From [Phormidium] sp. ETS-05 (lineage in GTDB: Bacteria; Cyanobacteriota; Cyanobacteriia; Cyanobacteriales; Laspinemataceae): a stretch of DNA of 56,792 bases. The stretch is from NCBI RefSeq assembly GCF_016446395.1, contig NZ_CP051168.1, positions 3,564,787-3,621,578 on the forward strand, read 5' to 3'. Below, in pieces: positions 8,067-17,932 of this stretch (position 1 is its first letter; each line of letters opens with the position of its first letter). Below the pieces are notes generated by a model. That model saw nothing but the letters and a program-made list of their open reading frames with translations. It was not told where the DNA came from and did not search any database. The position numbers were made by a program, and so were the translations under genes.

Positions 8067-9863
8067 TTGCCATTATTTATGTTACCATTATTCCTCAGTA
8101 TTTCAGTACTCACATTTATTCCCCACGGACATTGTTACTTGTGGCACTGGGATTTGGTTAGTTTGCACGTAGTTTCTGATGCAGTGATTGGATTTTGCTA
8201 TTATTCCATCCCCGTCCTGATTACCTATTTTGTCCGCAAACGTCTCCAAGACATCCCCTACCCAGCCTTTTTTTTACTGTTTGCCGCTTTCATTCTCTGC
8301 TGCGGCACCAGTCACCTGCTAGAAATATGGACTCTGTGGTATCCTCATTATTGGCTCTCCGGTGCCATCAAAGCGGTAACTGCAGCAGTATCCTTAGCTA
8401 CCGTCTTGATGATATTCCACATCATGCCTTCAGCTATGGCACTACCTAGTCCTGCACAACTAGAAGAAGCCAACCGCCTCCTGGCAGCGGAAATTCAGGA
8501 ACGCCAGGAAGCCGAAGCCGAACTAATGCAAGCCCATCAAACATTAAAATTTCACTTTGAAAATACCCCCTTAGCTGTGGTAGAATGGGACAGTCAAATG
8601 CGGATTAATCGCTGGTCCCAACGAGCGGAAAAAATTTGGGGTTGGCGAGCTGAGGATGTCCTGCATAAGCAACCCAGTGACTGGGAATTTATCTACCCAG
8701 AAGATTTACCAGAAGTCACCAAAATTATTAATCATTTATTAGACGGCAGTCAACCCCGCAACACGATCGCCAATCGCAACTACAAAAAAGATGGCTCTGT
8801 AGTTCATTGCGAGTGGTATAACTCTGTCCTGTTCGACGATGAAGGTAAGTTAGTTTCCGTCCTTTCCTTGGTTCAGGACGTGACGCAACGGGTGCAGGCG
8901 GAGGAAAAATTACGAGAAAAAACTACAGAGCTGGAAACAGCTATTTCCCATCTCCAACGGACTCAAGCCCAGCTTATTCAAAGTGAAAAGATGTCCTCTC
9001 TCGGTCAGCTAGTGGCTGGAATTGCCCATGAAATTAATAATCCAGTGAATTTTATATACGCCAACCTCATCCATACTCATCAATATTTAGATTCCTTGTT
9101 AGACTTGTTGGGTGTTTATCACAAATATTACCCGCATCCAGGAACAGAAATCCAAGAAAAAATCGAGGAAATAGATTTAGAATATTTGCTCTTAGACCTG
9201 CCTAAAATGATATATTCTATGCGCAGCGGGGCGGAGCGCATCCGGTCGATCGTCACATCTTTGCGGACCTTCTCGCGATTGGATGAATCTGACCTCAAAC
9301 AAGTTGATATTCACAGCGGCATTGACAGCGCTTTAATGATTATACAACACAGACTAACTCCTAATAATGGCCAGCAAAAACCTGGGTTTACCGGTATTAT
9401 TGTGATGAAAGAATATGGGGATTTACCCGAAGTTGAATGCTATCCAAGTCAGCTTAATCAAGCAATTATTAACATCATCAATAATGCAATTGACGCTCTA
9501 GAAGAATCTCAAGGCTTCATAGCTGAATGTAACCCAAATAATCTGGCTGATTCGCCCGGTAGTTTTCCTTGGTCATTGCCCACTATCATCATTAAAACTA
9601 AAGTTGTCGATGCCCAGAGAGTTGCGATTGACATTGCTGATAATGGGCCGGGAATTCCAGAGGCAGTGAAACAGCGGATGTTTGACCCCTTCTTTACTAC
9701 TAAACCAGTGGGGAAGGGTACGGGGTTGGGGCTGTCGATTAGCTATCAGATTGTGGTGGAGAAACATCAGGGTAGGCTAGAGTGTTTCTCTACCCCTGGA
9801 CAAGGGACTCAGTTTACCATCGAATTACCGGTACAACAAAAATTGAGCGCACTGGCAGGTTAA
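8067..9863 (+). CDS. Sensor histidine kinase with an N-terminal ethylene-binding-like (ETR1-type) transmembrane domain, a PAS domain, HisKA and HATPase
   Basis: Three transmembrane helices. Helix 2 carries the conserved Cys/His pair (AAFILCCGTSHLL; compare ETR1 GAFIVLCGATHLI). Helix 1 reads YYSIPVLITYFVRK (compare ETR1 YFSIPLELIYFVKK). Followed by a PAS domain, a phospho-acceptor AGIAHEINNPVNFI, and the N/G1/G2 ATP-lid motifs (NLLSNAIDA, DNGPGIP, GTGLGLSIS). Confidence 0.75.
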   Translation: MPLFMLPLFLSISVLTFIPHGHCYLWHWDLVSLHVVSDAVIGFCYYSIPVLITYFVRKRLQDIPYPAFFLLFAAFILCCGTSHLLEIWTLWYPHYWLSGAIKAVTAAVSLATVLMIFHIMPSAMALPSPAQLEEANRLLAAEIQERQEAEAELMQAHQTLKFHFENTPLAVVEWDSQMRINRWSQRAEKIWGWRAEDVLHKQPSDWEFIYPEDLPEVTKIINHLLDGSQPRNTIANRNYKKDGSVVHCEWYNSVLFDDEGKLVSVLSLVQDVTQRVQAEEKLREKTTELETAISHLQRTQAQLIQSEKMSSLGQLVAGIAHEINNPVNFIYANLIHTHQYLDSLLDLLGVYHKYYPHPGTEIQEKIEEIDLEYLLLDLPKMIYSMRSGAERIRSIVTSLRTFSRLDESDLKQVDIHSGIDSALMIIQHRLTPNNGQQKPGFTGIIVMKEYGDLPEVECYPSQLNQAIINIINNAIDALEESQGFIAECNPNNLADSPGSFPWSLPTIIIKTKVVDAQRVAIDIADNGPGIPEAVKQRMFDPFFTTKPVGKGTGLGLSISYQIVVEKHQGRLECFSTPGQGTQFTIELPVQQKLSALAG

Positions 9864-9870
9864 GGTAGAG

Positions 9871-9909
9871 GGGCAATTGGGGTGAGAGTTTGTCTCACCC
9901 CAGTTGCCC
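9871..9909 (+). terminator. Strong hairpin after the kinase gene (17-bp stem, 5-nt loop)
   Basis: gggcaattggggtgaga gtttg tctcaccccagttgccc. No clear U-tract, which is common in cyanobacteria. Confidence 0.45.
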
Positions 9910-10007
9910 GATCGGTTACGGTATCTTAATCTACAGATAAATTTTGTCAATAAGCTGAGGATAAAAATGGGCTTGAAATCTTGATGGAGATTGGGTAAAA
10001 TCAAAAA

Positions 10008-11870
10008 ATGTCCATGAAGCAGCCCGATCGTCCCATACCATCGCTCTTGCCACTAAGTACAAACCAGCAAATTATGACCACCCAACAGCAAAACCCCCCG
10101 CCAATTACCACCTATCCCTTAGCGGATCAAGATTTACCCGCATCTTTGGCCCTCTTGCAGGCTACTCTAGAAGCTACCGCCGACGGAATCGTAGCTTTTG
10201 ATTTAGCCGGTTCTATTACTCACTACAATCGTCGGTTTGTAGAAATGTGGGGCATCCCCGATACCTTATTAGTCGCAGATGGGAGAGAATCCCCGCATCG
10301 GGAAGCTGTCCTCGCCCATATCCTGGAATGTTTAGAGGATCCAGAAAAATTCTTAATTGATATCCGCCAACTCTACGCCCAGCCAGAGGCAGAATACTGT
10401 CAAGTGTTAGAATTAAAAAAAAGTGATGGCAGGATTATCGAGTGCCATTCTCTTCCCTTTCACCTGGGCAGCCAGATAGCGGGGCGGGTTTGGAGTTTCA
10501 GCGATATTACCAAATTGCGCTTAACCGAATCCCGGCTGCGGCAATCGATTAAGGAATTATCTGATATCAAGTTAGCTCTAGACCAAGCGGCTATTTTGGC
10601 CATAACTGATGCTAATGGTGTTATTACTTATGTCAACAATAAATTTTGTGAATTATCTCAATATTCCCGCAAAGAGTTACTGGGCAATACTCATAAGTTA
10701 GTAAATTCCGGCTATCATTCTGGTGATTTTTTTGCCAATTTATGGGGCACAATCACTCGCGGCAATATTTGGAAAGGAGAAATTAAAAATCGGGCGAAAG
10801 ATGGGAGTTATTATTGGGTGGATACCACTATTATTCCTTTTATCGACGAAGCCGGGAAGCCGTTTCAATATTTTGCGATTCGCTTTGATATCACGGGGCG
10901 GAAGCAGGTGGAAGAAGCCCTACAGGAATCTCAAGCTAAGCTGAAGCGGCAAACCGAGCAGCTCCAGGGTACTTTGTCGGAGCTGGAGCGGGCACAAATT
11001 CAGTTAGTCCAAAATGAAAAAATGACGGCTTTAGGTCAAATTGCCGCTGGTTTAGCCCATGAAATTAATAATCCTGTTAGTTTTATTTTTGGCAATATTG
11101 CTCACGCCGATAGTTATATTAAAGATTTGCTGCATCTGGCTGAACTTTACCAAAAGTATGGGGGAACGCCAGCACCGGCTATTATGGAGCATCTCGAAGA
11201 TATGGATTTGGAGTTTATGAGGGAAGATTTGCCGAAGTTGCTGGCTTCGATGAAGGTGGGAGCGGAGCGGATTCGGGAAATTGTCTTGTCTCTGCGCAAT
11301 TTTTCTCGCCTGGATGAGTCGGGGAGAAAGCGGGTGGATATTCACGAAGGGATTGAGAGTACGTTGCTGCTGCTACAAAATCGCCTGCATGGGATGCCAG
11401 AGGCTGAAATTGCGGTGATTAAGGCATATGGGAATCTGCCAGAGTTGGAATGCTGTGCGGCGGATATGAATCAGGTGTTTATGAGTATTCTTTCTAATGC
11501 GATCGATGCTCTGGAATCTCAACCGGGTCCCAAGCAGATTACGATTCGCACCGAGTTGGTGGATGCAGGTGATACTCAGGAATATTTGCCCTTGGAAGCT
11601 GGCCCCTACGCCGTGATTCGCATCGCTGACAATGGACCGGGGATGCCTGTGGAGGTGAAAAACCGGATTTTTGACCCGTTTTTTACCACAAAACCCGTGG
11701 GTTACGGTACAGGGATGGGTTTGTCTATCAGCTATCAAATTGTGGTGGAAAAGCATGGCGGTCACTTGCGCTGCATCTCAGAACCCGGTAAGGGGACGGA
11801 GTTGGTGGTTGCTCTTCCCGTGAATGGGCCAACAACCCCCGATTCATCGCTCCTCCAGAAACCTTGGTAA
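10008..11870 (+). CDS. Multi-PAS sensor histidine kinase, paralogous to 8067-9863 in its kinase core
   Basis: At least two PAS/PAC domains. HisKA motif GLAHEINNPVSFIFGNI. HATPase motifs ILSNAIDALE, DNGPGMP, GTGMGLSIS. The C-terminal 250 aa align closely with the upstream kinase. Confidence 0.8.
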   Translation: MSMKQPDRPIPSLLPLSTNQQIMTTQQQNPPPITTYPLADQDLPASLALLQATLEATADGIVAFDLAGSITHYNRRFVEMWGIPDTLLVADGRESPHREAVLAHILECLEDPEKFLIDIRQLYAQPEAEYCQVLELKKSDGRIIECHSLPFHLGSQIAGRVWSFSDITKLRLTESRLRQSIKELSDIKLALDQAAILAITDANGVITYVNNKFCELSQYSRKELLGNTHKLVNSGYHSGDFFANLWGTITRGNIWKGEIKNRAKDGSYYWVDTTIIPFIDEAGKPFQYFAIRFDITGRKQVEEALQESQAKLKRQTEQLQGTLSELERAQIQLVQNEKMTALGQIAAGLAHEINNPVSFIFGNIAHADSYIKDLLHLAELYQKYGGTPAPAIMEHLEDMDLEFMREDLPKLLASMKVGAERIREIVLSLRNFSRLDESGRKRVDIHEGIESTLLLLQNRLHGMPEAEIAVIKAYGNLPELECCAADMNQVFMSILSNAIDALESQPGPKQITIRTELVDAGDTQEYLPLEAGPYAVIRIADNGPGMPVEVKNRIFDPFFTTKPVGYGTGMGLSISYQIVVEKHGGHLRCISEPGKGTELVVALPVNGPTTPDSSLLQKPW

Positions 11871-12089
11871 TACTTTTCTGTGGGAAAGCCGGTCGATCGC
11901 ATCTGGATCAGTCAGATGACGATCGGTGTGGTGCTTTTTCATCATCAGATATGATATCAATAGTCAAATCTGGGGGAAAACTAGGGTATAGGCCACCAAA
12001 GTCAAGGGAGCTATCCCACTGACTGTACCGGAACAATCGGGACCGCTGCCCTGCTCCGTCTCTGAGGCGGGCAACCCAATAGCTATTGA

Positions 12090-12986
12090 TTGCGGATCGT
12101 TTTCAGATTGAGGAAACTTGCCGTGGCAGATGATAAAATTATCTATTTCTTCATCGAGGAAGCTAAAGAACACCTCGATACCTTGGAAAAAGGGCTATTA
12201 GACCTGCAATCGACTATGGCTGACCAGGAAATGGTCAATGAGTTGTTTCGTGCGGCGCACTCGGTGAAAGGGGGCGCGGCGATGTTGGGTTTTATCAGCA
12301 TTCAGAAAGCGGCGCATAGATTGGAGGATTCTTTTAAGATTCTCAAAGAAAATCCGATCGAGGTTGACCAAAAACTGGAATCTCTGTTTTTAAAGGGTTA
12401 CGACACTCTCCAGGAGTTGGTGCAACGCTTGCAAAGCCCCGGGGGCCTGGTGCCGGAGGAGGGGGAGAAAATTGTCAAGCAAGCGGAGCCGGTGTTTGAA
12501 GAGTTGCAAGATTACCTCAACCGCTTGGTGAGCGGGGAAACTGGGGAGGAGGACTCCTCGGATGTGCCGCGAGATTTTGCTAATCATGCGATCGACCTGC
12601 TGCGCCAGATGCTGCAGCTATTCAAGCAAAAAGAAGACGCCAAGAACCGCGCTGCTCTGCAGGCTCTGTGCGATCGGCTCCTGGCACTCCTCCCCAATAA
12701 TGAAAACTGGCTGCAGTTAGTCACTACCTCTCGCGCCAGTATCGGTAATCCCAAAAACTCCTATCTGGTGCTGGCGCCTCTGGTGATTAAAGAACTTAAA
12801 CAAGCGGTGGACTTTCTCATAGCTGGGGGTGCTGACTTCGCAGCCAGTCCGGCTCTGCTTTCCTTATCTGGTGCCACCAAGGGCAACAGCCTCCCCGCCG
12901 GGACGATCGCCCTCCCCACCGAACCCAAAGCCGCCGCTAAATTACTCTTGGAAAGTTTCGACAAAAAGACCTCACCGTGTTGGTGA
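12090..12986 (+). CDS. Hpt (histidine phosphotransfer) domain protein
   Basis: N-terminal Hpt/CheA-P1-like signature (FFIEEAKEHLDTLEKGLLDL ... ELFRAAHSVKGGAAMLGF ... AAHRLEDSF). About 200 aa of C-terminal sequence is uncharacterised. Confidence 0.6.
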   Translation: MRIVFRLRKLAVADDKIIYFFIEEAKEHLDTLEKGLLDLQSTMADQEMVNELFRAAHSVKGGAAMLGFISIQKAAHRLEDSFKILKENPIEVDQKLESLFLKGYDTLQELVQRLQSPGGLVPEEGEKIVKQAEPVFEELQDYLNRLVSGETGEEDSSDVPRDFANHAIDLLRQMLQLFKQKEDAKNRAALQALCDRLLALLPNNENWLQLVTTSRASIGNPKNSYLVLAPLVIKELKQAVDFLIAGGADFAASPALLSLSGATKGNSLPAGTIALPTEPKAAAKLLLESFDKKTSPCW

Positions 12987-13123
12987 AGTTGTTGGCTAAG
13001 GCGATTAAATCTCCCTAACTTCTTCTGTGCCCTCCCTTGTGCCCTCTGGGCCTCTGTGGTTCACCCCACAAAGACACCAAGGACACAAAAAAACATGGGC
13101 TCTGGGCAATTAACCAGATGTGA

Positions 13124-13561
13124 TTAGCCAAGCTGCACTTTGACTACTTTGTTTTTCTCGGCTTCCGCCTTGGGGAGGGTGAGATGAAGAATGCCGTTTT
13201 TATATTCCGCTGTCACTTGGGTATTTTGAATCCGCTTGGGTAGAGAGATTTGGCGGCGGAATTTACCATAGCGGAATTCGCTTTTGAACAGGGCTTTTTC
13301 TGCGGGCTGGATGCCTTGCCGCTCCCCAGTCACCGTCACCGACTCAGCCGTAGCTTGGATATCGATATCTTTTGGCTCCAAACCAGGAATTTCTAATCTC
13401 AGGAGCAAGGCTTCTGCTGTTTCTTCTAATTCCGCTGGTGGCACGTAGTCAAATCCCACTGGCTCGCCATCAGCATAAGGATAAAGATTTTCAAACAACC
13501 GGTTCATCTGCCGCTGCATATTATCGATTTCGCGTAAGGGGTAATAGCGCATCAGAGCCAT
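13124..13561 (-). CDS. Hsp20/alpha-crystallin family small heat-shock protein
   Basis: 145 aa. The alpha-crystallin domain carries the conserved ...FRYGKFRRQISLP...AEYKNGILHLTLPK C-terminal pattern. Confidence 0.85.
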   Translation of the reverse strand: MALMRYYPLREIDNMQRQMNRLFENLYPYADGEPVGFDYVPPAELEETAEALLLRLEIPGLEPKDIDIQATAESVTVTGERQGIQPAEKALFKSEFRYGKFRRQISLPKRIQNTQVTAEYKNGILHLTLPKAEAEKNKVVKVQLG

Positions 13562-13684
13562 ATGTTTGTCCTCCTGGATGATTGGTGGTGGTGTTGTTTG
13601 TTGGTATCAATCTATCCAAGTTCTGCTGCTAATTGGGTTCGGTTCTGTACCCTAGAAAAATCGCGATCGCCGAACCTTTGCAGG

Positions 13685-13775
13685 GCAGGGGACCCGGAGA
13701 CAAAGGACAAAGGACAAAGGACAAAGGACTAAGGACAAAGGACTAAGGACAAAGGACTAAGGACAAAGGACAAAT
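13685..13775. repeat. GGACAAA/GGACTAA heptamer tandem repeats
   Basis: gacaaaggacaaaggacaaaggactaaggacaaaggactaaggacaaaggactaaggacaaaggacaaata. Confidence 0.85.
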
Positions 13776-13870
13776 AACCAATTGCGTACTGGTAACAAAA
13801 TAATTGTTAGTTCTGGAATGGATTGGTGAGATAATTATCCCGAGTCTATCTGCTTTCGTTACCAGCAAAA

Positions 13871-16303
13871 ATGAATCAAACCCAACCGGAATGTCAAAAT
13901 TTGGCAGCATCTGTAGATACTTTGCTGCAACTGCTCCATCAAGAGCCATCTTTACGACTTTCCCAAGACACCACCACGGTGCAAGCATCCCTAAGAAAAG
14001 CGATATCGCCGAAATTTGAAATCGTCTTTGCGGGGGCCTTCAGCGCGGGTAAATCGATGCTCATAAATGCGCTGCTAGAAAGAGAATTGCTCTATAGCGC
14101 CGAAGGACACGCTACGGGGACAGAATGTCGCATAGAATATGCGGAACCGAATGCAGAACGGGTGGTGTTGACTTTTCTCAGTTTAGCAGAAATCCATACC
14201 CAAGCGGTGGCTTTATGTCAGTATTTAGGGGCGGAGTTAACCAACCAAGTCAGTCTGAACCAGCCAGATGTGATTGCTTTGTTGCGGAAAGCTGCGGAAA
14301 CTATTATTCAACTGGAAGGGGGGGAAACTAAGTCCGATCGGGCGAAGCAAGCGAAAGCCTTGATTTTTTTGCTAGATGGGTTTGAAGCCAATAAAGAATA
14401 CATCCATCCCAGCAAAAATAACACCTATTCAATGGAGCAATTGAAGTTTAACAACCTCAAAGAAGCCGCCAGCTATGCTCGTCGGGGACGCAACAGCGCC
14501 GTTTTAAAGCGAATTGAATATTATTGTTATCATTCTCTCCTAGAAGATGGTAACATTTTAATAGATTTACCCGGTATCGATGCCCCGGTGAAAAAAGATG
14601 CGGAACTCAGCTATGAAAAAATCGCCGATGAGGAAACCTCGGCGGTGGTATGTGTCCTCAAACCAGCATCAGAAGGGGAAATGACCACAGAAGAAACAGA
14701 GATGCTGGAAAAAATTCGGGATAATGCGGGGATTCGAGACCGAGTATTTTATGTGTTTAACCGCATCGATGATACTTGGTATAATACCCAGTTACGCCGC
14801 CGCTTGGATGATTTGATTAATACCCAATTTCGGGATAGCAGTCGCACCTACAAAACCAGCGCTCTGCTGGGATTTTATGGCAGTCAAATCAAGCAAACGA
14901 GCCCGGGCGATCGATTCGGACTAGATAGCGTATTTGCCGCCAGCGTCACCCCCGACAGCGACAGCGAAGAAGAAACCCCCCAATTCGTTTACGCCTTCAA
15001 CAACTATTGCAGCAACTCCCGCAAACTACCCAGCCAGTTTCGCATCTCCGTCAACAGCTATGAAACCCCGAATCAAAACTACCTCCGCATTCTCAGCGAG
15101 TGGGGAAACGACCTGATTAATCAGCTTATCCAAGATAGCGGGATAGAAGACTTTCGCCAAGGTATCACCCGCTACCTCACCCAAGAAAAGCGCCCCCAAC
15201 TATTCGCATCCCTCGCCAACGACTTACAGCCAATTTGCCTCACCTTACAACAAGGATACCTGCAGCAATACCGCGCCATTGACAGCCAACCTCGCGAAAT
15301 TCAAGGCATCAAATCCCGGCGGATAGAAATGCTCAACCAAGAATTACAACGCCTGGGTAGTGCTTTGAGTCAGCATATCAGTCAGGAAGTCAACCAAATC
15401 ATTACTAATGACTGCCGCACCTTTGAAGAGAGCTTCCGCAAGCTGAAAGTTAAAATGGTATCTAAGCTGGACGAACTCCTGAAGAGTTTCTCAGTGGAAG
15501 AAGCCTATAAACTGGCTACTGCCAGCCATCCGCGCAATTCCACCGCCCCGCTGCTGGCGATTTTAGTGGAAGCATTTTATTATCTTTCTAATCAGCTAGA
15601 GGATGTTTTAGCCGCCGCCGCTGCAGAAGTGATTACCACCACTTTTGCCTACTTAAACGAACAAATTCGCCGTCAAGACTATTACCGAGATTTATCTCGG
15701 TTAATTGGCAGTGATGCAGGGATAGAAACTGCTCTCCAGAAACTAGAAACGCAAATCCAGCTAGCCATTCGGGCGGCGGCGAGTGCCGAATGTGACCGAT
15801 TTGTGCGGGAAAGTCCCCGGTTTTATGATGAAGGGACGTTCTCGATTTACCAATTTCGCCAAGTGTTGCAACAAACCTCCCAGGGTTACGATGCGCTGAA
15901 TGTGATTCAGGCGGAAGATGGGATTCGCGAACTGCTGAAACTGGACTTTGAACCGAAGGTGGGTAAGACGATCGCCAGTACATTTCGCCAAACCATCAAC
16001 CAAATCATCAAAACTGAACTTTTGCCCTTGGCCAAAACCTTGGAAGATGGTATTATGCAGCAATACAACCGCGCTCGCGCCCATGTAGAGAAAACCTTAG
16101 AACAAGAAGCCCAAGAGCAGTTAACCGAGAACCAAAATCAACTGCAGGAACTGCGCCAAAAAATCGCCACTTATAATCAAGCGGTGACGGACATTAATCA
16201 ATGTTTATCGGCTCTGAATTTGGGGCGGTATCAGCTCCCTGGGGTAGATGTAGCTGGAGAAGAGAACCCCGCCACCCCCCCGTCCCCCGACGTAGAATTT
16301 TAG
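13871..16303 (+). CDS. Bacterial dynamin-like GTPase (810 aa)
   Basis: P-loop FAGAFSAGKSMLINALL near the N-terminus. A G4-like NRID motif (VFNRIDD) further on. Long helical C-terminal stalk/paddle region. No paired second dynamin gene is adjacent. Confidence 0.7.
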   Translation: MNQTQPECQNLAASVDTLLQLLHQEPSLRLSQDTTTVQASLRKAISPKFEIVFAGAFSAGKSMLINALLERELLYSAEGHATGTECRIEYAEPNAERVVLTFLSLAEIHTQAVALCQYLGAELTNQVSLNQPDVIALLRKAAETIIQLEGGETKSDRAKQAKALIFLLDGFEANKEYIHPSKNNTYSMEQLKFNNLKEAASYARRGRNSAVLKRIEYYCYHSLLEDGNILIDLPGIDAPVKKDAELSYEKIADEETSAVVCVLKPASEGEMTTEETEMLEKIRDNAGIRDRVFYVFNRIDDTWYNTQLRRRLDDLINTQFRDSSRTYKTSALLGFYGSQIKQTSPGDRFGLDSVFAASVTPDSDSEEETPQFVYAFNNYCSNSRKLPSQFRISVNSYETPNQNYLRILSEWGNDLINQLIQDSGIEDFRQGITRYLTQEKRPQLFASLANDLQPICLTLQQGYLQQYRAIDSQPREIQGIKSRRIEMLNQELQRLGSALSQHISQEVNQIITNDCRTFEESFRKLKVKMVSKLDELLKSFSVEEAYKLATASHPRNSTAPLLAILVEAFYYLSNQLEDVLAAAAAEVITTTFAYLNEQIRRQDYYRDLSRLIGSDAGIETALQKLETQIQLAIRAAASAECDRFVRESPRFYDEGTFSIYQFRQVLQQTSQGYDALNVIQAEDGIRELLKLDFEPKVGKTIASTFRQTINQIIKTELLPLAKTLEDGIMQQYNRARAHVEKTLEQEAQEQLTENQNQLQELRQKIATYNQAVTDINQCLSALNLGRYQLPGVDVAGEENPATPPSPDVEF

Positions 16304-16317
16304 GGGATTTAATTGGT

Positions 16318-16440
16318 AGGGGCACGGCATCATCAATATCTCGCTTTCACGAAAAATATTGATAACGCCGTGCCCCCCATATGATTGGGTTTTCCGGTTT
16401 TATCCGTGGGGGGCACGGCAGTATTAATATCTCGGTTTGA
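16318..16440. other. Three copies of a GGGGCACGGCrTyATyAATAT half-site: an inverted pair forming a roughly 20-bp hairpin, plus a third direct copy
   Basis: 16318-16338 and its inverted partner at 16352-16378 form a stem-loop right after the dynamin stop, so it may act as a terminator. A third copy at 16411-16433 abuts the cas2 fragment. Confidence 0.45.
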
Positions 16441-16446
16441 GGCGCT

Positions 16447-16643
16447 ATGTTAACGCGGGTGCAGTATAGTGTATTTGAGTGTCAGCTTACAGATACTCAA
16501 TATGAGGAACTCAGGTCCCGCTTGAGTAAGTTGATTAAGCCGGAGGACAATATCCGTTTTATTCCCTCTGCGCTTGTTGCTTTGGTAAGGTCGATCGGAT
16601 TGGCGGACCGTCGCCGGTGGATAGGACCATCTTCTTTGCTTAA
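16447..16643 (+). pseudogene. cas2: Truncated, frameshifted cas2 fragment (a duplicate of the 3' two-thirds of cas2 at 40287-40559)
   Basis: RVQYSVFECQLTDTQYEELRSRLSKLIKPEDNIRF aligns with Cas2 residues 28-62 of the intact copy. The N-terminus is missing. A 1-nt deletion relative to the intact copy (cgtttt att vs cgttttt act) shifts the frame. The original stop is preserved at 16641-16643. Confidence 0.8.
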
Positions 16644-16900
16644 CCCGATTTTGCGCGGAGGGGTAGGTGTTGGGAGAGGGCAATCAAAATTTTCGCCTGG
16701 AACCGTTGACGGGCAAGGTTTTGCACCCTCCCCGATAAAAAAACGAGCCGCGCAAATCCTGAAACCCTGATGAAACAAGCATTGCAGCGAAATTTTTTTT
16801 CAACCCCCTTGACAACCCAGGAGCTGAAATGGTATTTTTAGATCGATTAGCGCAAATGCACCTTGAAAACCGCATATTCCAAGGGTTCCAGGAGGCCGCC
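16644..16900 (+). promoter_or_regulatory. CRISPR leader (duplicate copy) with a putative promoter (-35 TTGACA at 16809-16814)
   Basis: About 93% identical to the leader at 40560-40816. Ends directly at the first repeat. TTGACA is followed about 18 nt later by an AT-rich -10 (GGTATTTTT). Confidence 0.7.
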
Positions 16901-17905
16901 CCCGAAATTTACCCGAATCCCTTTCAGGGATTGAAACTAACTGGTAATGGCAACAATCACAGCAACCAAAGTATCCCGAAATTTACCCGAATCCCTTTCA
17001 GGGATTGAAACGAGTACCGTTGAAAATTCTCATTTCCTTTTCCTTTTTCCCCGAAATTTACCCGAATCCCTTTCAGGGATTGAAACAGCAGCTTCCCCAG
17101 AAAGCTACTATCTTCATTGCGGCCCGAAATTTACCCGAATCCCTTTCAGGGATTGAAACCTCATCTCCCCCCCACACCAGGGCTATGCTTGCCCCTCCCA
17201 GTCCCCCGAAATTTACCCGAATCCCTTTCAGGGATTGAAACTTTAATTTTGCAATCAGCGGGACGTTAACGCGAACCTGCCCGAAATTTACCCGAATCCC
17301 TTTCAGGGATTGAAACATCATTGCTGCACAAATGTCAACGCTAATAACTTTTTCCCGAAATTTACCCGAATCCCTTTCAGGGATTGAAACTAACTATTGC
17401 CTTTACCGTAGTCTTCATGTTTGAGAACCCGAAATTTACCCGAATCCCTTTCAGGGATTGAAACTCGGCAGTCGCTAGGACTTGGCCGAATCGATCGGCG
17501 CCCGAAATTTACCCGAATCCCTTTCAGGGATTGAAACCAGTCATCGCGATCGCCGAAAGCTGCTTCGACAATGAACCCGAAATTTACCCGAATCCCTTTC
17601 AGGGATTGAAACCGAAAAACCAGATCAGATATTGTGTCGTTTTCTTCCCGAAATTTACCCGAATCCCTTTCAGGGATTGAAACGTGGATGTTGGCTCTGC
17701 CCAACCCTCCACATAAAAAAGCCCGAAATTTACCCGAATCCCTTTCAGGGATTGAAACGTGCTGTGGGTGGGGAGTGAGCTTGCCCTGATGTTCTATCCT
17801 CGAAATTTACCCGAATCCCTTTCAGGGATTGAAACGCCCTGCTTTGAAATCTGTAACATCATTCAAAACCGGAAATTTACCCGAATCCGTGAAAGGGATT
17901 GAAAT
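16901..17905 (+). CRISPR. CRISPR array 1: 14 repeats of 37 bp (CCCGAAATTTACCCGAATCCCTTTCAGGGATTGAAAC), 13 spacers of 33-45 bp
   Basis: Repeat starts at 16901, 16975, 17050, 17123, 17205, 17280, 17354, 17428, 17501, 17576, 17647, 17722, 17799 (one mismatch) and 17869 (degenerate terminal repeat ccggaaatttacccgaatccgtgaaagggattgaaat). The 3' end ATTGAAAC matches the canonical 8-nt crRNA handle. Leader is on the 5' side. Confidence 0.95.
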
Positions 17906-17932
17906 ATACAATGTATAGCACTAAAAATACTA

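Noticed and set aside
16947-17704. ORFs inside CRISPR array 1 (for example 16947-17156, 17005-17238, 17390-17704) with recurring NLPESLSGIET / IPERDSGKFR peptides
   Set aside because: Periodic translation of the 37-bp repeat in different frames. The same applies to all ORFs called inside array 2 (40914-45307).
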